Assembly (NCBI GenBank): GCA_036172245.1
Contig: JAYWIR010000001.1
Location: 6,696,001-6,760,000 of the forward strand
Origin: Raillietiella orientalis
Taxonomy: Eukaryota
Reading direction: 5' to 3'
DNA length: 64,000 bases
Shown: positions 26,400 through 38,550 of the stretch, one piece after another
Layout of the letters: the number at the start of each line of letters is the position of its first letter
How positions within the stretch are numbered: the stretch's first letter is position 1
Notes under the pieces: model-generated
What the model was told of the DNA's origin: nothing
Database searches by the model: none
What the model saw: only the letters and a program-made list of their open reading frames with translations
Program-made: the position numbers and the translations under genes

Positions 26400-28700
26400 T
26401 TTTTTTTTTTCGACTGCTTTCCTCTCCCTTCTTGAAGGCACCTCGTGAACGGGATGAAATCCTCTGGGACCCCTTAGCGGCCAAAGGCATGACTCTGCTC
26501 GCGGAACGAAGGGTTCCGAGTCCCCATCGTGGATATAGAAAAATTCCTCTCCCTACAATCGTCTCACGCATGCTCCCTGCAGAGACCTGACCCCACGTCA
26601 GACAAGGCCAAGCAGTTCATATGTTCCAGGAACTCCAGAGAAAGCCCCCGGTTTACTAGGGCCTCTAAGGATCCTGTTCTCGAAAGCGAAGAGGAACATC
26701 CCGAAGCGCCGCCCGACTGGCGGATTCGCTCGACTCGGCAGGACGAGTGCCGCCCCTAAACTCGGGTTTTAAAAAAGGAGAAATTAGCCGCAGATGCTGA
26801 AAGATCCGAAACGGTTCTTAATGTATCCTGGAATGAGGGTACTCTGTTCGTCGAACGGCAGTGCAGGGATCGTGTGGGCTAAGAGCGAGCCGACTCTCCC
26901 GCCGGAGAAGTCGCCGTTGCTCCGCGCCGCGTCGAAGAACCGGTGGTCCTCTACGGATCTTCTCGCCCGCTCCTCGTGGCTCCTGCGCAGCTGTGCAAGT
27001 GCATGATATTTTGGAGGAACGGTGAGCGCCTGTGGGCACATCCGAACCTCCCGACGCGGAAGTACCGCTCGAGAAGGTCAGTCCAGAGCAACGGTGGACA
27101 CGTCAGGTTCCTCGTGGACACAGCAACGTCATCCGTGACAACGGTCTTGGAAGGATCCCTGCCCTCGGTCTGGAAATTTTGGTGCCACCATCAGACGAGG
27201 TTGCACCAAGATGAGAAACTGAGGCGTCGAAAGGTCAGCCAGGGCAGGGTAGCCTGTCTGTGGAGGCGGCTTTGGTGTCCCAGAGGCGCCAGGGAAGTTT
27301 GGCAGGACTGTTTGGCAGGACAGAGAGGGGCAGAGACGCACGCGCCTCTGCCCCTCTCTCTCTCCCCCTCTCGCGCTCTACCTCAATCCCCAGAACTCGA
27401 GAGAAGTCCGCGATCTCGGGATCGCTCTGCTCCCATCGGTCCTCTGCTTCGCGCCCCGGATCGTGACCTCCTCCTCCTTCGTCCGCAGCTTTCACGCATC
27501 AAACTGAAATGGCATGGCGTAGAAAATGCTCTCTGAGCAAATTTGCGAGTGGATGGGTCACTCTGCAGAGCAGATCGCTTTTCCCGTTCACCGTGTCACC
27601 ACACACGGTCTAACCGTGTCTCCTGCCCGAGGGCGCGGCAGATGGGGGGCGCTCCCGGAGATTTCGAGGCTCCGGAGGCAGCGCACTCGAGGGAGGCCGC
27701 GTGGAGAACCGAACATTCCGATGATTGTTCCAGAAATCCAAGAATGCCCTCATAATTCTGCAATGGACCGGGAGAAAATCCTGCCGGCAGATCGATCAGA
27801 TTTCATTCAGCGAGGTGCACTCTGATCCGCAAGGATATTGCACGGAAAATTATCTGTGAAGTTCGATGAACTGAAGCTGAAGGGATGCTCCGGGGATCCG
27901 AATCGATTCGATGCGTCTTTGGGAATCGCTCCTTCGAGATGGAGTCTGCATGGCAAATACGCAGGATGCTTCAAGTGCGCGAGCCGCTTATCACGGCGGC
28001 GGGCTGCACTTCCTCTCTGTGGCGACTCGCGGCCGGAGATTCGCAGCAGCAGCTTAGGCGAGTGAAGCACCCACGTCGTTTGTCATCTGCATCCCGGGTC
28101 CATCCCTGGTTCCCCATTTGTGCAGCTTTTCCATTTTTTTTTCCCCCCCACCTTCTGCCTACCACCTCGAAATCGCTCTGGGTGAGGGAGCTGCCGACGC
28201 GATCTGCATGACATTTTGCATCTGGGAATACCCCCGTCTCCTCCCGGAAAATATCCTCAGTTCTTCATGGATGCAGCCCCCGTTCCAACCCGGGAAGCAA
28301 ACGTAGGCAAAAGAGCAGAGAGTGAAAATGAGAGCCGGTCAAAACTGACCGGTCCTCTCGTCTTCTGGTGTTCGGGGTCAGCCAAGCAGTCTCTGGGTCG
28401 TCAGCGCAAATCGACGGCGGATGAGTGCTCTTGAGATTTTCCGCCTCTCTCAATGGTCCTTCCGATCCAGCGTTTATCACTCCTCATCCCTAGCTCCTAC
28501 CAAAGATCCTGTTCTCAAAAAACCGTCAAACATCCCCTGCTCCCTGTTTATTCAGTGCTCCGCCAAAAAAAAAGAAAAAGTCATCAGCACACCTGCGGTG
28601 CTGAAGAATTGCGCGAGGGTTTGTTCTGAACAGGAGGAGCAACACTTAACGGAAGAGGCGCACTTGAGGAGCGCCACGAAAGTTGCAAGATCGAAAAATC
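26400..28700 (+). mobile_element. Possible RT fragments from at least two copies
   Basis: Shared stretch aa.gatcctgttctc.aaa...aacatccc at ~26667 and ~28502. RLSLLIPSSY, VQSNG and LHQDE remnants. Weak. Confidence 0.3.
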
Positions 28701-28799
28701 CATCTCGCCTCAGCCTTTATTTTCCGTTAATTCTGGAGTCGTCAGCCTTGATCCGGAGGCAGGCGTTCGGACACGGGGCTCTCGTCCCACCTCATCTCC

Positions 28800-30281
28800 T
28801 AACTGGCTTCGCGAGATGACGGAAGAGCTCTGTCCGTGGCCGGAAGCAAAGGCGTCGTGGGGAATGGATCATCTTCTGAAAGAAATGGGAGAGGTGCAAC
28901 AACTCCGAGGATGCAGGACCACTTGTCATCCGAGGTGGAGAGATGGCAGCTGCCTTTCCAGTGCAATTCGGTAATCTGCAACCGTCACCGCCTCGAAGAA
29001 ACCCACAAATCACGTGGCATGTAAGAGGAGCTAACGAAAGAAAACACCGACATTGGATCTTTGGTCCCGATAATGGGTCGGCATCAGTCATGCTGGGATT
29101 CGCACACTCGCGTCGTTGCCAACCACTTGCCATCCACCGCGCTGCGATCCGCACACCCATCTCCTTGTCAGTGTCACCTGCCATCCACCGGGCTGCGATC
29201 CTCATATGCGCCTCGTTACCAGCCACTTGCCATCGACCGGGCTTTGGAGCTGCAGAAACTGAGTACATCCAGACGGAAGGTCCAACGCACGGATTCATCG
29301 CACGCTTTGCAAGAGCGCCGACCTTCCAATGAAGAAATCCCTCTGTGCGCGCTCTGAGCCCCCAGGAGACGCATCCACGGCAACGGCGTTCGGCTTCCGA
29401 TGTTTCGGGTGAAAACAAACGGGATCAGCATAGCGATCACGCTTCTCTTGCACGGGAAGCTGGGACGGATCTTTGAGCAGCTCTGAGGACGACACTGCAT
29501 GTTTCGAGCGCGATAAGCGCGTCTTGGGTTTTCCTTTTTTTCTTTTTGAGGATTCGTCAAGTGATGAAGAGCCGTGCGCCTCCTCGGGGATGCGGAGGGA
29601 GGGCTCACGAAGGTCTTCAATGCCATTTGAGGGTGCGTGCAACTCTTCAAGTTAAGAAGTGTCCCGGAAGGGGGACCACCTTATGAATCCAGGAAGACTC
29701 CGGAGGAAGGATTCCGTTACTCTCACCCTTGGGAGGGGACTCTGGAGGAAATCTCTTCCTTATTTTCTCCAGAGGGACCCCCGGAGAGAGAGAGATTTTG
29801 CATTTCTCCTTCAGAGAAAACCCCGAAACTCCTTGTTTTCTACTCTGAAGAAAACCCTGAGGAATGAAACCGTGGTGATGAAATCCGGACGGTTCAGAAT
29901 TTTGCTGGAGAACGCTTCCCGAAATGAGCAGCGCTCTTCTTCACACTCTGGAGAGGTGCCAATCCACCCCAGCTCCATGGTACGGGATGGAGGGTCTGCC
30001 CCGAGGGAAGAGACGGTTCCATTTGCACAATCGGAGGGGAATCCAGAAGGGCTCCTTGATTCCTGGAATGACCGCAGAGGGTGAACTTCCAATCCTGGCC
30101 AGTCAACGGAGGCATCCGGCTTGCGCGAGTGCCGCATCCAAATAGGCCAACCAGCGTCATCTCGCGTGAGGAACTCGGAACCCACTGCGCATCCCCCTTT
30201 TTAGGCACCGACCCTTCCCCCAATGGGATTCGAACCCGCAACGCTTAGGTCACGAGCTGAGACAGCAGCCACGAGGCCTCC
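28800..30281 (-). mobile_element. LINE-like 5' end with tRNA-derived head, GC-rich leader and ORF1 start
   Basis: Minus strand reads GGAGGCCTCGTGG...GCGGGTTCGAATCCC (consensus B box, ~30225-30236). 29630-30195 aligns with 50490-51125. Confidence 0.75.
29111..29243. repeat. Tandem repeat, ~50-bp unit, about 2.7 copies
   Basis: Core cacytgccatcsaccgsgct recurs at ~29124, ~29175 and ~29224. Confidence 0.85.
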
Positions 30282-30699
30282 GTCAACACGAGTCACGCAT
30301 CTCGGGAGGGAGGATGCGATGCAGACGCCCGAATGAGATCCCGGCTCTGGATGCTCTCTCCAAACGTTCCGTGGGAGGAGGTGGAAAGGCTACCAGAAAA
30401 TCTTGCGCCACTTCGGCTACCCCGAAACTGGCTGCTCCTGAGCCAAACTGGTGTCCTCACGCGCCAGCAGCCACTTGGTCCACGCTCTCTTCGCCCATCT
30501 TCATCCCGGAAGTTTGCGAAAATCTTCGCAAAACTCAAAGCTCAAAGCTCCTCTGCTCATCCATAATAATCATCCTTTTCTACACATCCTTTATTATAAC
30601 AAAAAAGCATAAATATACCAGTGCTCTTTAATAATAATAATGTGATCGATCTTGATAATAATGGCACTCTTTACTAATAATAATAATGTGGCATTTCAT

Positions 30700-31285
30700 C
30701 ATTTATGAATAGAAAATTCACCGCATCCTGCCATATGGTGATGAAGAGAATCGTCATAGGGAGGACAGGAAGGCTAGCAACGGATGTATTCTTCGAAGGT
30801 TGCATGTAGTGTACTCCATAGGGAAAATAGGAGGGCTATGGAATTCGTCCGAAGCAACGAGTACATTCTTTCGAGAAATGTATTCTAGTGTACTTGGCTC
30901 CCTTCCAGTAAGAAGGCTGCAACAGGGCGCACCTGGCACGTCCCGGTGCACGTCTGAAAGCTCATGGAGATGGTTGCTGGGATTCTTAAAGCTCCGTTTG
31001 ATCCCGGCTCGATCACCCAGGGTCACGCCGACAGGAAGTAGGGTGCTTTCTGCAAACTGTCCCGGAAACAGGTCTCCCGTTCTCGGATTCACGGAGGGTG
31101 GAGTCCAAGTCATGGTTCATCCTGAGCGCGCCTTCATAAAGGGCGTGGAGCTGTCAGCTTTTACAGGGGCTCAGGAAGAAGTCAGCCAAAGAAGCGTCGA
31201 CGAAACCCAGACTTTCGAGTAGTCGGACAGATCCGAGAAAGAGGGTTTTGAAAGGAAGAAACAGCATGCGATTTTCACCCGGATA
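30700..31285 (-). mobile_element. Degenerate RT fragment (subdomains 3-4)
   Basis: LLESLGF and GRPVSG (GCPLSG-like). 31011-31145 aligns with 34092-34225, sharing cccggaaacaggtctccc. Confidence 0.55.
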
Positions 31286-32450
31286 AACTTTGTGAAAAAG
31301 ATGTCAATGGCTGCAGCAATGCTCCAGCCACGAGCGAAGAACCACGGAGCCTGCCAGGTCACCGGTTCGCAGACCGGTACGGTCCACCAAGGCAGCAGGG
31401 GAAGGGGGAAAAACAAAAAACTAAACAAAAAGAAAAAAAAAAGAGAGTGGCGGGGTACAGGAAGGGATCACTGTTGCTGCTGGGGCCGCATCATCCTTCT
31501 CAGGATGTCCGCAAGCTCTTGCTGTATTTGAGGATCCAGGTGGGGCCATCGCGACGCCTTCCTCAGGAATCGGGAGGCGCACTGGATGGCATCCTGATCG
31601 CGTGGTCCTCCCGTAGCCATGCTCCATGCGGCGACGATCCCGCGAAGGCAGCACAAGGCCGCTATCGAGGCCGCTGGCCGGAGGGCGTCGGCAACGAAGA
31701 GGGCTTTTAAAGCGTCCCTGGGGTTGCCGCAGGGAATTCCGATGGCCGCGGCAAAGCGGAACCAAAGGGGCCGAAGGGCAACACAATCCACAAGCAGGTG
31801 GGGGAGGGACTCCCGTTCCCCACACCTAACACAATTGGGATCCACCGCTCCCCAGGTCCAATGATGTCAGCGGGCATTGCAGGGGAGTCCCCAATGCTGC
31901 AACAGTAGAGCCGACTCCTGCCATTTTAAGGGGAGCGTGGAAGTGTTCATGAGCACCGGGGGTCACTTCAGATGTTCAATCAGAACATCGAGCAGCGCAT
32001 GCGACTGCGTCTTCCGCAAACTTGTTACCACCAGGCGGAAACAACAACAACATTCCCTCCTTGGATGCTGTCCTTTTTCAGCTTTGCGATGATCAATTTA
32101 AACTTTGCGCAACCACCGCATCCGCCGACCTTGCATGGAGCTTTTCTCTCCATTTAGCCGAGAGGTACGGAGGAGTCTCCAAAGCATTCTTGCCGCATGT
32201 TGGCAGCATGGCAAGAAGGACCGACTTTTTCAACTCTTGCGTCAAGTCCTCCCGTCCTCCACCACCTTCCAAAACGCCTTCACCTCTGAACCTTAGCCGT
32301 GTTTAGGTCGAGGCTTCGCTACGGATAGTCGTAGTCCTGGAGACCCGTCGGCAAGCAGAGCCCAGAGGAGCGACGCTGTGCGGCCTCAAAGTAGTCGACT
32401 CTTGGTACTGCCTACCAAGTGCGTTTGCACGCTTCGAAGGCAGGCAATCC
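31285..32450 (-). mobile_element. L1/Tx1-like LINE 3' fragment, same family as 3665-5535
   Basis: ORF 31468-31845 DPNCVRCGERESLPHLLVDCVALRPLW...PAASIAALCCLRGI. Stop codon lies within GTGATCCC, followed by a T-tract and the conserved stem-loop at 31351-31395. Confidence 0.88.
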
Positions 32451-32459
32451 TTTCGCTCA

Positions 32460-34420
32460 TAACAAAAAAGTTGGAGAAAAATAAAGTGAATGAAAAGAAA
32501 AAAAAAAAAACGTTGTAAGATGAAGATGAGGATGCAAATCATCCTAACTCGAAATGGGATTCGCGTCCGACAGCAGTCACCAGACTTCGCCCAGGTACAG
32601 TCTTTTACCCAGCAGCCCCTTTAGCGCGGAACCAATGAAGCATCTTCCAGCTCCTATGCAAGGATGAGATGTTGGGCTCTGCCTCCCAGCATTCTGCCAT
32701 ATGGGGCGTTCGGCTGTGGATGGATACCGAGGGAGATGCTCACCCCTTCAAGCAGAGTCGGAATCACGTGAAAGCTAACCCAGGATTGCCGGTCCAGTTT
32801 CGAGGTATCGTTGGTGGCATTATCCCCTGCTTTTGATCGCTAATCCTTTAGCTCAGCTGCCAACAATCACTTCCATCTATTTCCCGCGGGAATTCATCGG
32901 CAAAGTCGGGAGTTCGTTAGTCCCAGTGCACTGCTGGGTGACCCTCGAATCCACCAGTGGGAACGGTCCAAAGCCACTGCGTGCTGAAAGTCGTTCTTGA
33001 CTTTGACGCTCACTTAGTAGGGACGAATAATGAGCCAACATCAAATGGACCAGCAATCAGTGGAACCGGGAAGATTTTTGAAGGAAAACAAACCGTGAGT
33101 GAATGGGTGAGGGAAAGCACCCTTTTAGAGGAAGAGAAAAAATTCACGCTACTGACAGAGCGACTTTATCATTTATCAAGAAGAAAACATGGGAACACAA
33201 CCCACACCATCCTTCAGTTGGGAACACTCTTCATGTATAATGCCCCGATCTCCACGATCAGCATCCCAAACAGCCCCCCCAAATTTCTTCAGAACCCATG
33301 TGACGAAGCACGGCATCATATCTTTAGGAGAGGTGCTGCAAGCAAGAAAACGATCTGCAGACAACTTGATCAGGCTGAACAAGCAAACACTGGTGAGGCC
33401 AGGTGGAAGGTGCCAAAGTGTTTCCAAGACTACCCGCAACTGTGTGCTAAGGAAGCAACATCGATCCAGACATCACAAACACGTCCGCCGGAACAATTTT
33501 CCTTCCATCCTTGGGTGTCGCATGTGGACAGAGGAGGGAATCGAGCATTCCCTCTCACCACAGGAGACATTTATCAACAAGGAGATGTAAATCATGACGA
33601 AACTTCTTTGAACACGTCTGGTTCCTGAAAGTGACCTCCGGAGTCCACGGAATGAGCCACTTAAGCAAGCAATCATTGCGCTGCAGTGTTTCTCACATCG
33701 AGCGGAGTAAGAATACAGCCAGCATCACAAGATTAGTCAAACGTGACGATAAAGTCCAAGTTTAGAGTTTCATAAGTTTACCAAGGAGGCGATTTCTCTT
33801 CACAACGCATCGACTTCGGGAGACGTTGCTCAAAGCACTCTGCAGGAACACATCTCTCCTTCAGTCCCTAATGTATGAAGAAGAGTAATGATTCCGGAAT
33901 TATCAAATTAGGAATCAGTAAACAGATAAGCAAGCTTTCTGCCAAGCTGAGTGTCTTGCGCAAAAGGGGGGGAAAGCGTCCTTAGAGGACCTCTTAATCT
34001 GATGCTGGAAAATGCAGATGCCACAAAAGGTACAGAAGGATAAAATATTTCAGGAAGTACTCAGACAATATCCTGAAAATGGATCCTCCTTGATCACCAG
34101 GGTCACCCTGAATGAAAGGAGGGAGTTTTCTGTCAATTTCCCCGGAAACAGGTCTCCCGGTCTCCCGGCAACAGGGAAGGATGGACTGCAATGGGATGGT
34201 TTCCTTGCTCGCCCTCATAAAGGGGGGGTTACTCTTTAAGCCATCACCGTTTGGAAGAACTCCCACGACCTAGTGGGCAAGTCAATCCAAGAGACGCCAG
34301 GAAAACACGGAGTCCCGAGTAGCCGGGAAGATTGAGAAAGCTTAGAGATACACACGAGAGGATGTGCTTGCACCAAGCGTTGTATGCGAGTTGACTTCGA
34401 GATGGAGTATTTGGGCAGTT
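32460..34420 (-). mobile_element. Degenerate LINE ORF2 (RT core to 3' end)
   Basis: TGRPVSG (~34150), RRSLSGTRR (~33625), AERPIW (~32700), T-rich tail at ~32480-32510; DNA homology to 31.0-31.3 kb. Confidence 0.5.
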
Positions 34421-35699
34421 ATGCATTCGTCACTTTTCGTCCGATATCTACGGCAGAGGAATCCCAGGCTATCTAACGGATCTAACGGGACTGATCTTTC
34501 TATTACTCTACACAGGCGGTGAGGATGGTTGAACGGGTCATTCGTCTGGGACCTCCCGTAGAGGACGCGTGTGTCTATCTGCCTGTGTGATAAATATGCG
34601 GACTTTGCGGAATGGCTCTCATTAAAATTCTCACCAAATGAATTCCTTGGAAGTGTGGCAGATGGAGAAATAGCGATTCAAAGCGCTCGTCGCTGCCTAT
34701 AAAATGCACATTAAAAAGCGTAGGTGAGTAAAACCTAATGTGAAGCACACATCCAGGCATAGGTCCCCTGGCCACGTTCATAATAAGGACAATGATGGTG
34801 ATGATGATGCCGCGAAAAACTGCACACTCTTCTGCACTGCGAAGCAAGTACTCTAATCATTCGTACTCGGTTGCTATGAATTATCACTGCTAATGCTATC
34901 AATTTTTGTCACCATAACAGCCGTGGCACGCAATACGAATACATTCGGCACAATACGAATGCGAAATGCGGTTTGAAATTTCATTGTGGTTCAGAATCCG
35001 TAAGGAGGCGACGATTTGGTTCGTCTGGGAAACGGCAATCGCAACCAGAATGGGTCCCTCCAGCAGATCCGCGGGTTCAGCAACAGGGGTATCCAGGGGA
35101 GCAGCTTCCGTAGCGGATGCGGCCATCAATCCAGGGCTTCTCCCCCATCCGAAGTCGCAAGTTCTCATCCAAAGCACCGTTGCCACAGCTTTTCAATTAT
35201 TAAATTACCTCGCAACTCGCTTGCTCTGCATTACATGGCACCGGGTATTATCTTCCAGGCGCATCACTTTTCAGATTGATGCTGCCCCGAAGTGCATTCC
35301 TTATGCATCGGGATCCCTGTTGCTTGGGGACGCCATCTACCTCTCCTTTACATTATTTATAATTGCGAGACCTCGGATGCAGAGGAAGGAAAAAACTTGT
35401 GCGAGCGAAATTTTTTTTCTTTTTTTTCTATTCCCTTTCCCGTGAGGCCGATGGAGCGTACGTGAGAGAAGACGTAAGCGGAAAATTTGAAACAAACTGG
35501 TCAATTGTCTTTATGACATGGAGGGGAAACATTCCTCAAGAAACAAAGAAAGGAAACAAATCGTCGGTTGCTCGACTTCCTGCTTTCGGTTTGCGGATGG
35601 CTGCTAATTATAAATGGGTGCTCACTCTCGGGAGTCGTCGTTGGCTGCTGCTGAATGGGAGCGCCTGCCCGCTTCTTCGGGCTGTGATCTTGGCCGACA

Positions 35700-38550
35700 T
35701 TTTCGAAAGGGATCGAAAATGATCTCGGGGGAGGGGGGGGGGGTTAGCATTTAAAAAAAAATAAAAATGGAAAAAAAACAAAAAAATGAGCGGATGGGGG
35801 CTCGCTTGCCTTTTTGGGGCGAAGGAACATTACTGAAGAGCAGGGAGGACAGAGCCCGTCGTTCACTAATTGCAGGCAGTCTCCCGACGTTGCTGTATTC
35901 CCGAACGTCTAAGAAGCGGTACAAAAAGTACCGTCGGCTCGATGGAGCTGCAGCGCGGTGTCGCCGAGAGCTCTTCCTCTTCTTTTTTCTTTCTTTCTTC
36001 CTTGCCCTCCAGTTAGGCGGGAGCGCTTCCGCTCGGCCGGGACAAGTGTCCCACTTCCGAAACAAAAGGGCGAACAGGCATGCCCAAGCTTTCCGGGAGG
36101 GCTCCTGGAATCAGTGGATTTCTCAAACAAAGAGGAGGCGGATTCCGTCTCCTCGGTTTCCGGGACGGGCAGATCACGAGCGGGGGATTCCTAGTGCGTC
36201 CGGGGATCCCGTCGGCCCCAACCAGCCGGTCGCCCGTGAGAACTGGTTGCCCGTTGGCACGCGCGCGTGGGCGGAGAGGCTGCTGATCCGTGCAAAGCCG
36301 CGGCGGGACACTCAGCTCCCTGTTCGATGATTCGCGGACGGGAAGGGAGGAAAGATGGGGATGCTAAGCGCCCGCATCCTGGCACCTCTGGGGACGCAGA
36401 AGGCGGGGATGGGGGCATCCCCACCCCTGCATGCGGGGAGGGGACCCAAGGAAGACTCCGGCCCGGACGCAGCAGTTCTTCGCCTCGGCTGGAGGGTTCG
36501 CGCCGGGGCCTTCGTTTCTGCTGCCAGGGGTTGAGGAGGTCTGGATGCTCGCCGCCCCGTCGCGACCACCTCCGAGGCGCTGCCTCGAGGAGCTCGCCGC
36601 CACGCTCGGGAGCGCCGCGAGCGTGACGGCAGTGAAGGGAACCCGGCGCGCGTCCTATACGACGAGCGCGCCATCCCTTGGCGGGTTCGACCGTTCGACC
36701 CCGCCCCGCGTCGACGAAGGGTCGGAACGTGCGGGACCGCGAACGCCGAGACCACGGCGCCCACCGGCGCCACCATCACGTGGCCCCCGCGCTCGTTGCG
36801 AGAGGAGAGAGCCCCAGAGGCGGCGGCGGCGGGAGGCCATCGGCGGATCCTCCGCAGTGGCGGCAGCGCGCTCGATAAGGTGGAAGAAACGCGCGGGGAG
36901 GAGCGAGAGGCCGGGATACAGACGTAACACCCCAGACGCGTCAGTACGTGAGTGCGGTCGAACGTGCGTGGAGACGACTCCTCCCCCTCCCCTCCCCCTC
37001 CTTCCGTTTCCCCGCAAGCATCCGGCAGACGGGGATACCGGCGCCGCGAGAGATCGGCGGCGTGATGTTTCCCGGAGCGGTCGGCGTTCCTGGATGCTGC
37101 TGCTCCCGCGCTCCTTGAAGGCGAGTGGAAGCAGAGCGACGGTGGAGGGATGCTGAGGTCTCGAGGTAGGAGAACCCGGGGATCCGAGACTCCCTTCGCT
37201 CCCTGCCCCCTCTCGGAGGGAAGGTGGAGTGACGGGTTTTGTCGCGGGGGTCCGCTCAGAGGGGAGGAGGGGAGCCCCTTGTCCACCGAACGCAGCGACG
37301 CTGAGGAGAGGGGGGGCGGCGTACCTCCTTTCCCCTACCTTTGCGTGCTCTTTCCATTTTTTTTTTTTTTTGCCCTTTTTTGTGTGTGTTTTCGCTGGGC
37401 TCTCAGAGCTCGCGCTCCGATCCTTCTTATCGATCGCGCGCGTTAGGGGAGCAGGTGCAGGGGGCGGGCGTTCTGGTCGTCCTGGTCCTGGTTCGTCCCT
37501 CAGTCCAGAGGACTCCCTTTCGCTTCTCGATGCGATCCGAGGCCACTGCAGTGGTACCGCTCGGTTTGTTCTTTAGAAGGGGAAGGGGAGGAGGGAAAAA
37601 GGAGAGCGGAGGAAGAAGGGAGGCCGGGGAGTAGGGGGAGACTGTGCTTGGCTGGCCCAGGAGGAGGGAGGGGATCCGCTCAAGGGCCGGATAAGGTCGC
37701 GCGCAGAAACCCCGGAGAGTGGGGGAGAGGAAGTGGAAGAGGAGGAGTGGAGGGACGTGGCGCGCGCGTGAGTTTTTTTCTTCCTTTAGCGCGTGTCGCC
37801 GTCTCCAGGCTACGGCAGCGGCGACATCCGGAGCGGCAGGCTTTCCCGGGAAGATGCTTGCTCCGCCCGATCCCCGCGAACGGCTCCCCTGGGAGCGCCT
37901 CCCTATACTCGCGGGATCATAAAAATCCACGCCCCGTTTCCCTTTCTCCCCCTTCTACCCCCCCCCCCCCCCTCTCTCTCCAGCTGCTCTGCTCCCATCC
38001 CCCACGTGATGGGGGGGAATGGAGTCTGCACGCGCGCCCGTTCACATGAGCATAGCAAGCTGCCGCCACCGTTGCCTGAGCGCGCTCTCCCAGAGCATCG
38101 GATTTTGATGAGGAGGGAAGAAGGAGGAGGAGAAGGCTTTCGAGATTCCCCGCCCCGCCGATGCTTCTCTATCTGAGGGTGCCCGGAGGCTTGCAGGAAA
38201 ACCCCTCTGGTCTCGGCGCAGGCCGTGCGCACGATGAAAGCGTTCCCCTTCAGGGGACGAGCTCTCATTGGCATGGAAACGGGCGAAACAAAGAAGGGGG
38301 AGGAGGCGAGATAGAGGAGGAGAGGGTTAGGGAGAAGGCCCCATCCGAGTCCCTCAAGAGGGTGGTTTCCCATTCGGTCTGCTACAAGGAACCGGAAGAA
38401 GATCCGGAGCAGACGGGCGGAAGGCCGCGGCGCGCTTCGCTCTTCTTTCCCCATCAGCCGTGGCTTCCGCTCAGCGAACGGCTCGCCGTGGGCACGGCGA
38501 GTCCCGAACGCGCCACCCTCCCACTCCTATAATTCTGGTATCCGGAACTG
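35700..38550. promoter_or_regulatory. GC/CpG-rich island with homopurine tracts; candidate eag promoter or 5' UTR exon region
   Basis: No LINE motifs recognised here. Lies 4-6 kb upstream of an eag exon that begins with a splice acceptor. Donor-like GTGAGT at 36948. Function is inferred only. Confidence 0.3.

Noticed and set aside
30205-30281. Functional tRNA gene on the minus strand
   Set aside because: The B box is good, but I could not fold a D-arm or acceptor stem and there is no T-run terminator; treated as a retroelement head.
32957-33628. 223-aa plus-strand ORF
   Set aside because: It lies antisense to a degenerate minus-strand LINE ORF2 and has no recognisable homology.
36312-37286. 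241-324 aa ORFs in the GC island
   Set aside because: Low-complexity with no recognisable domain; cannot be supported as coding.
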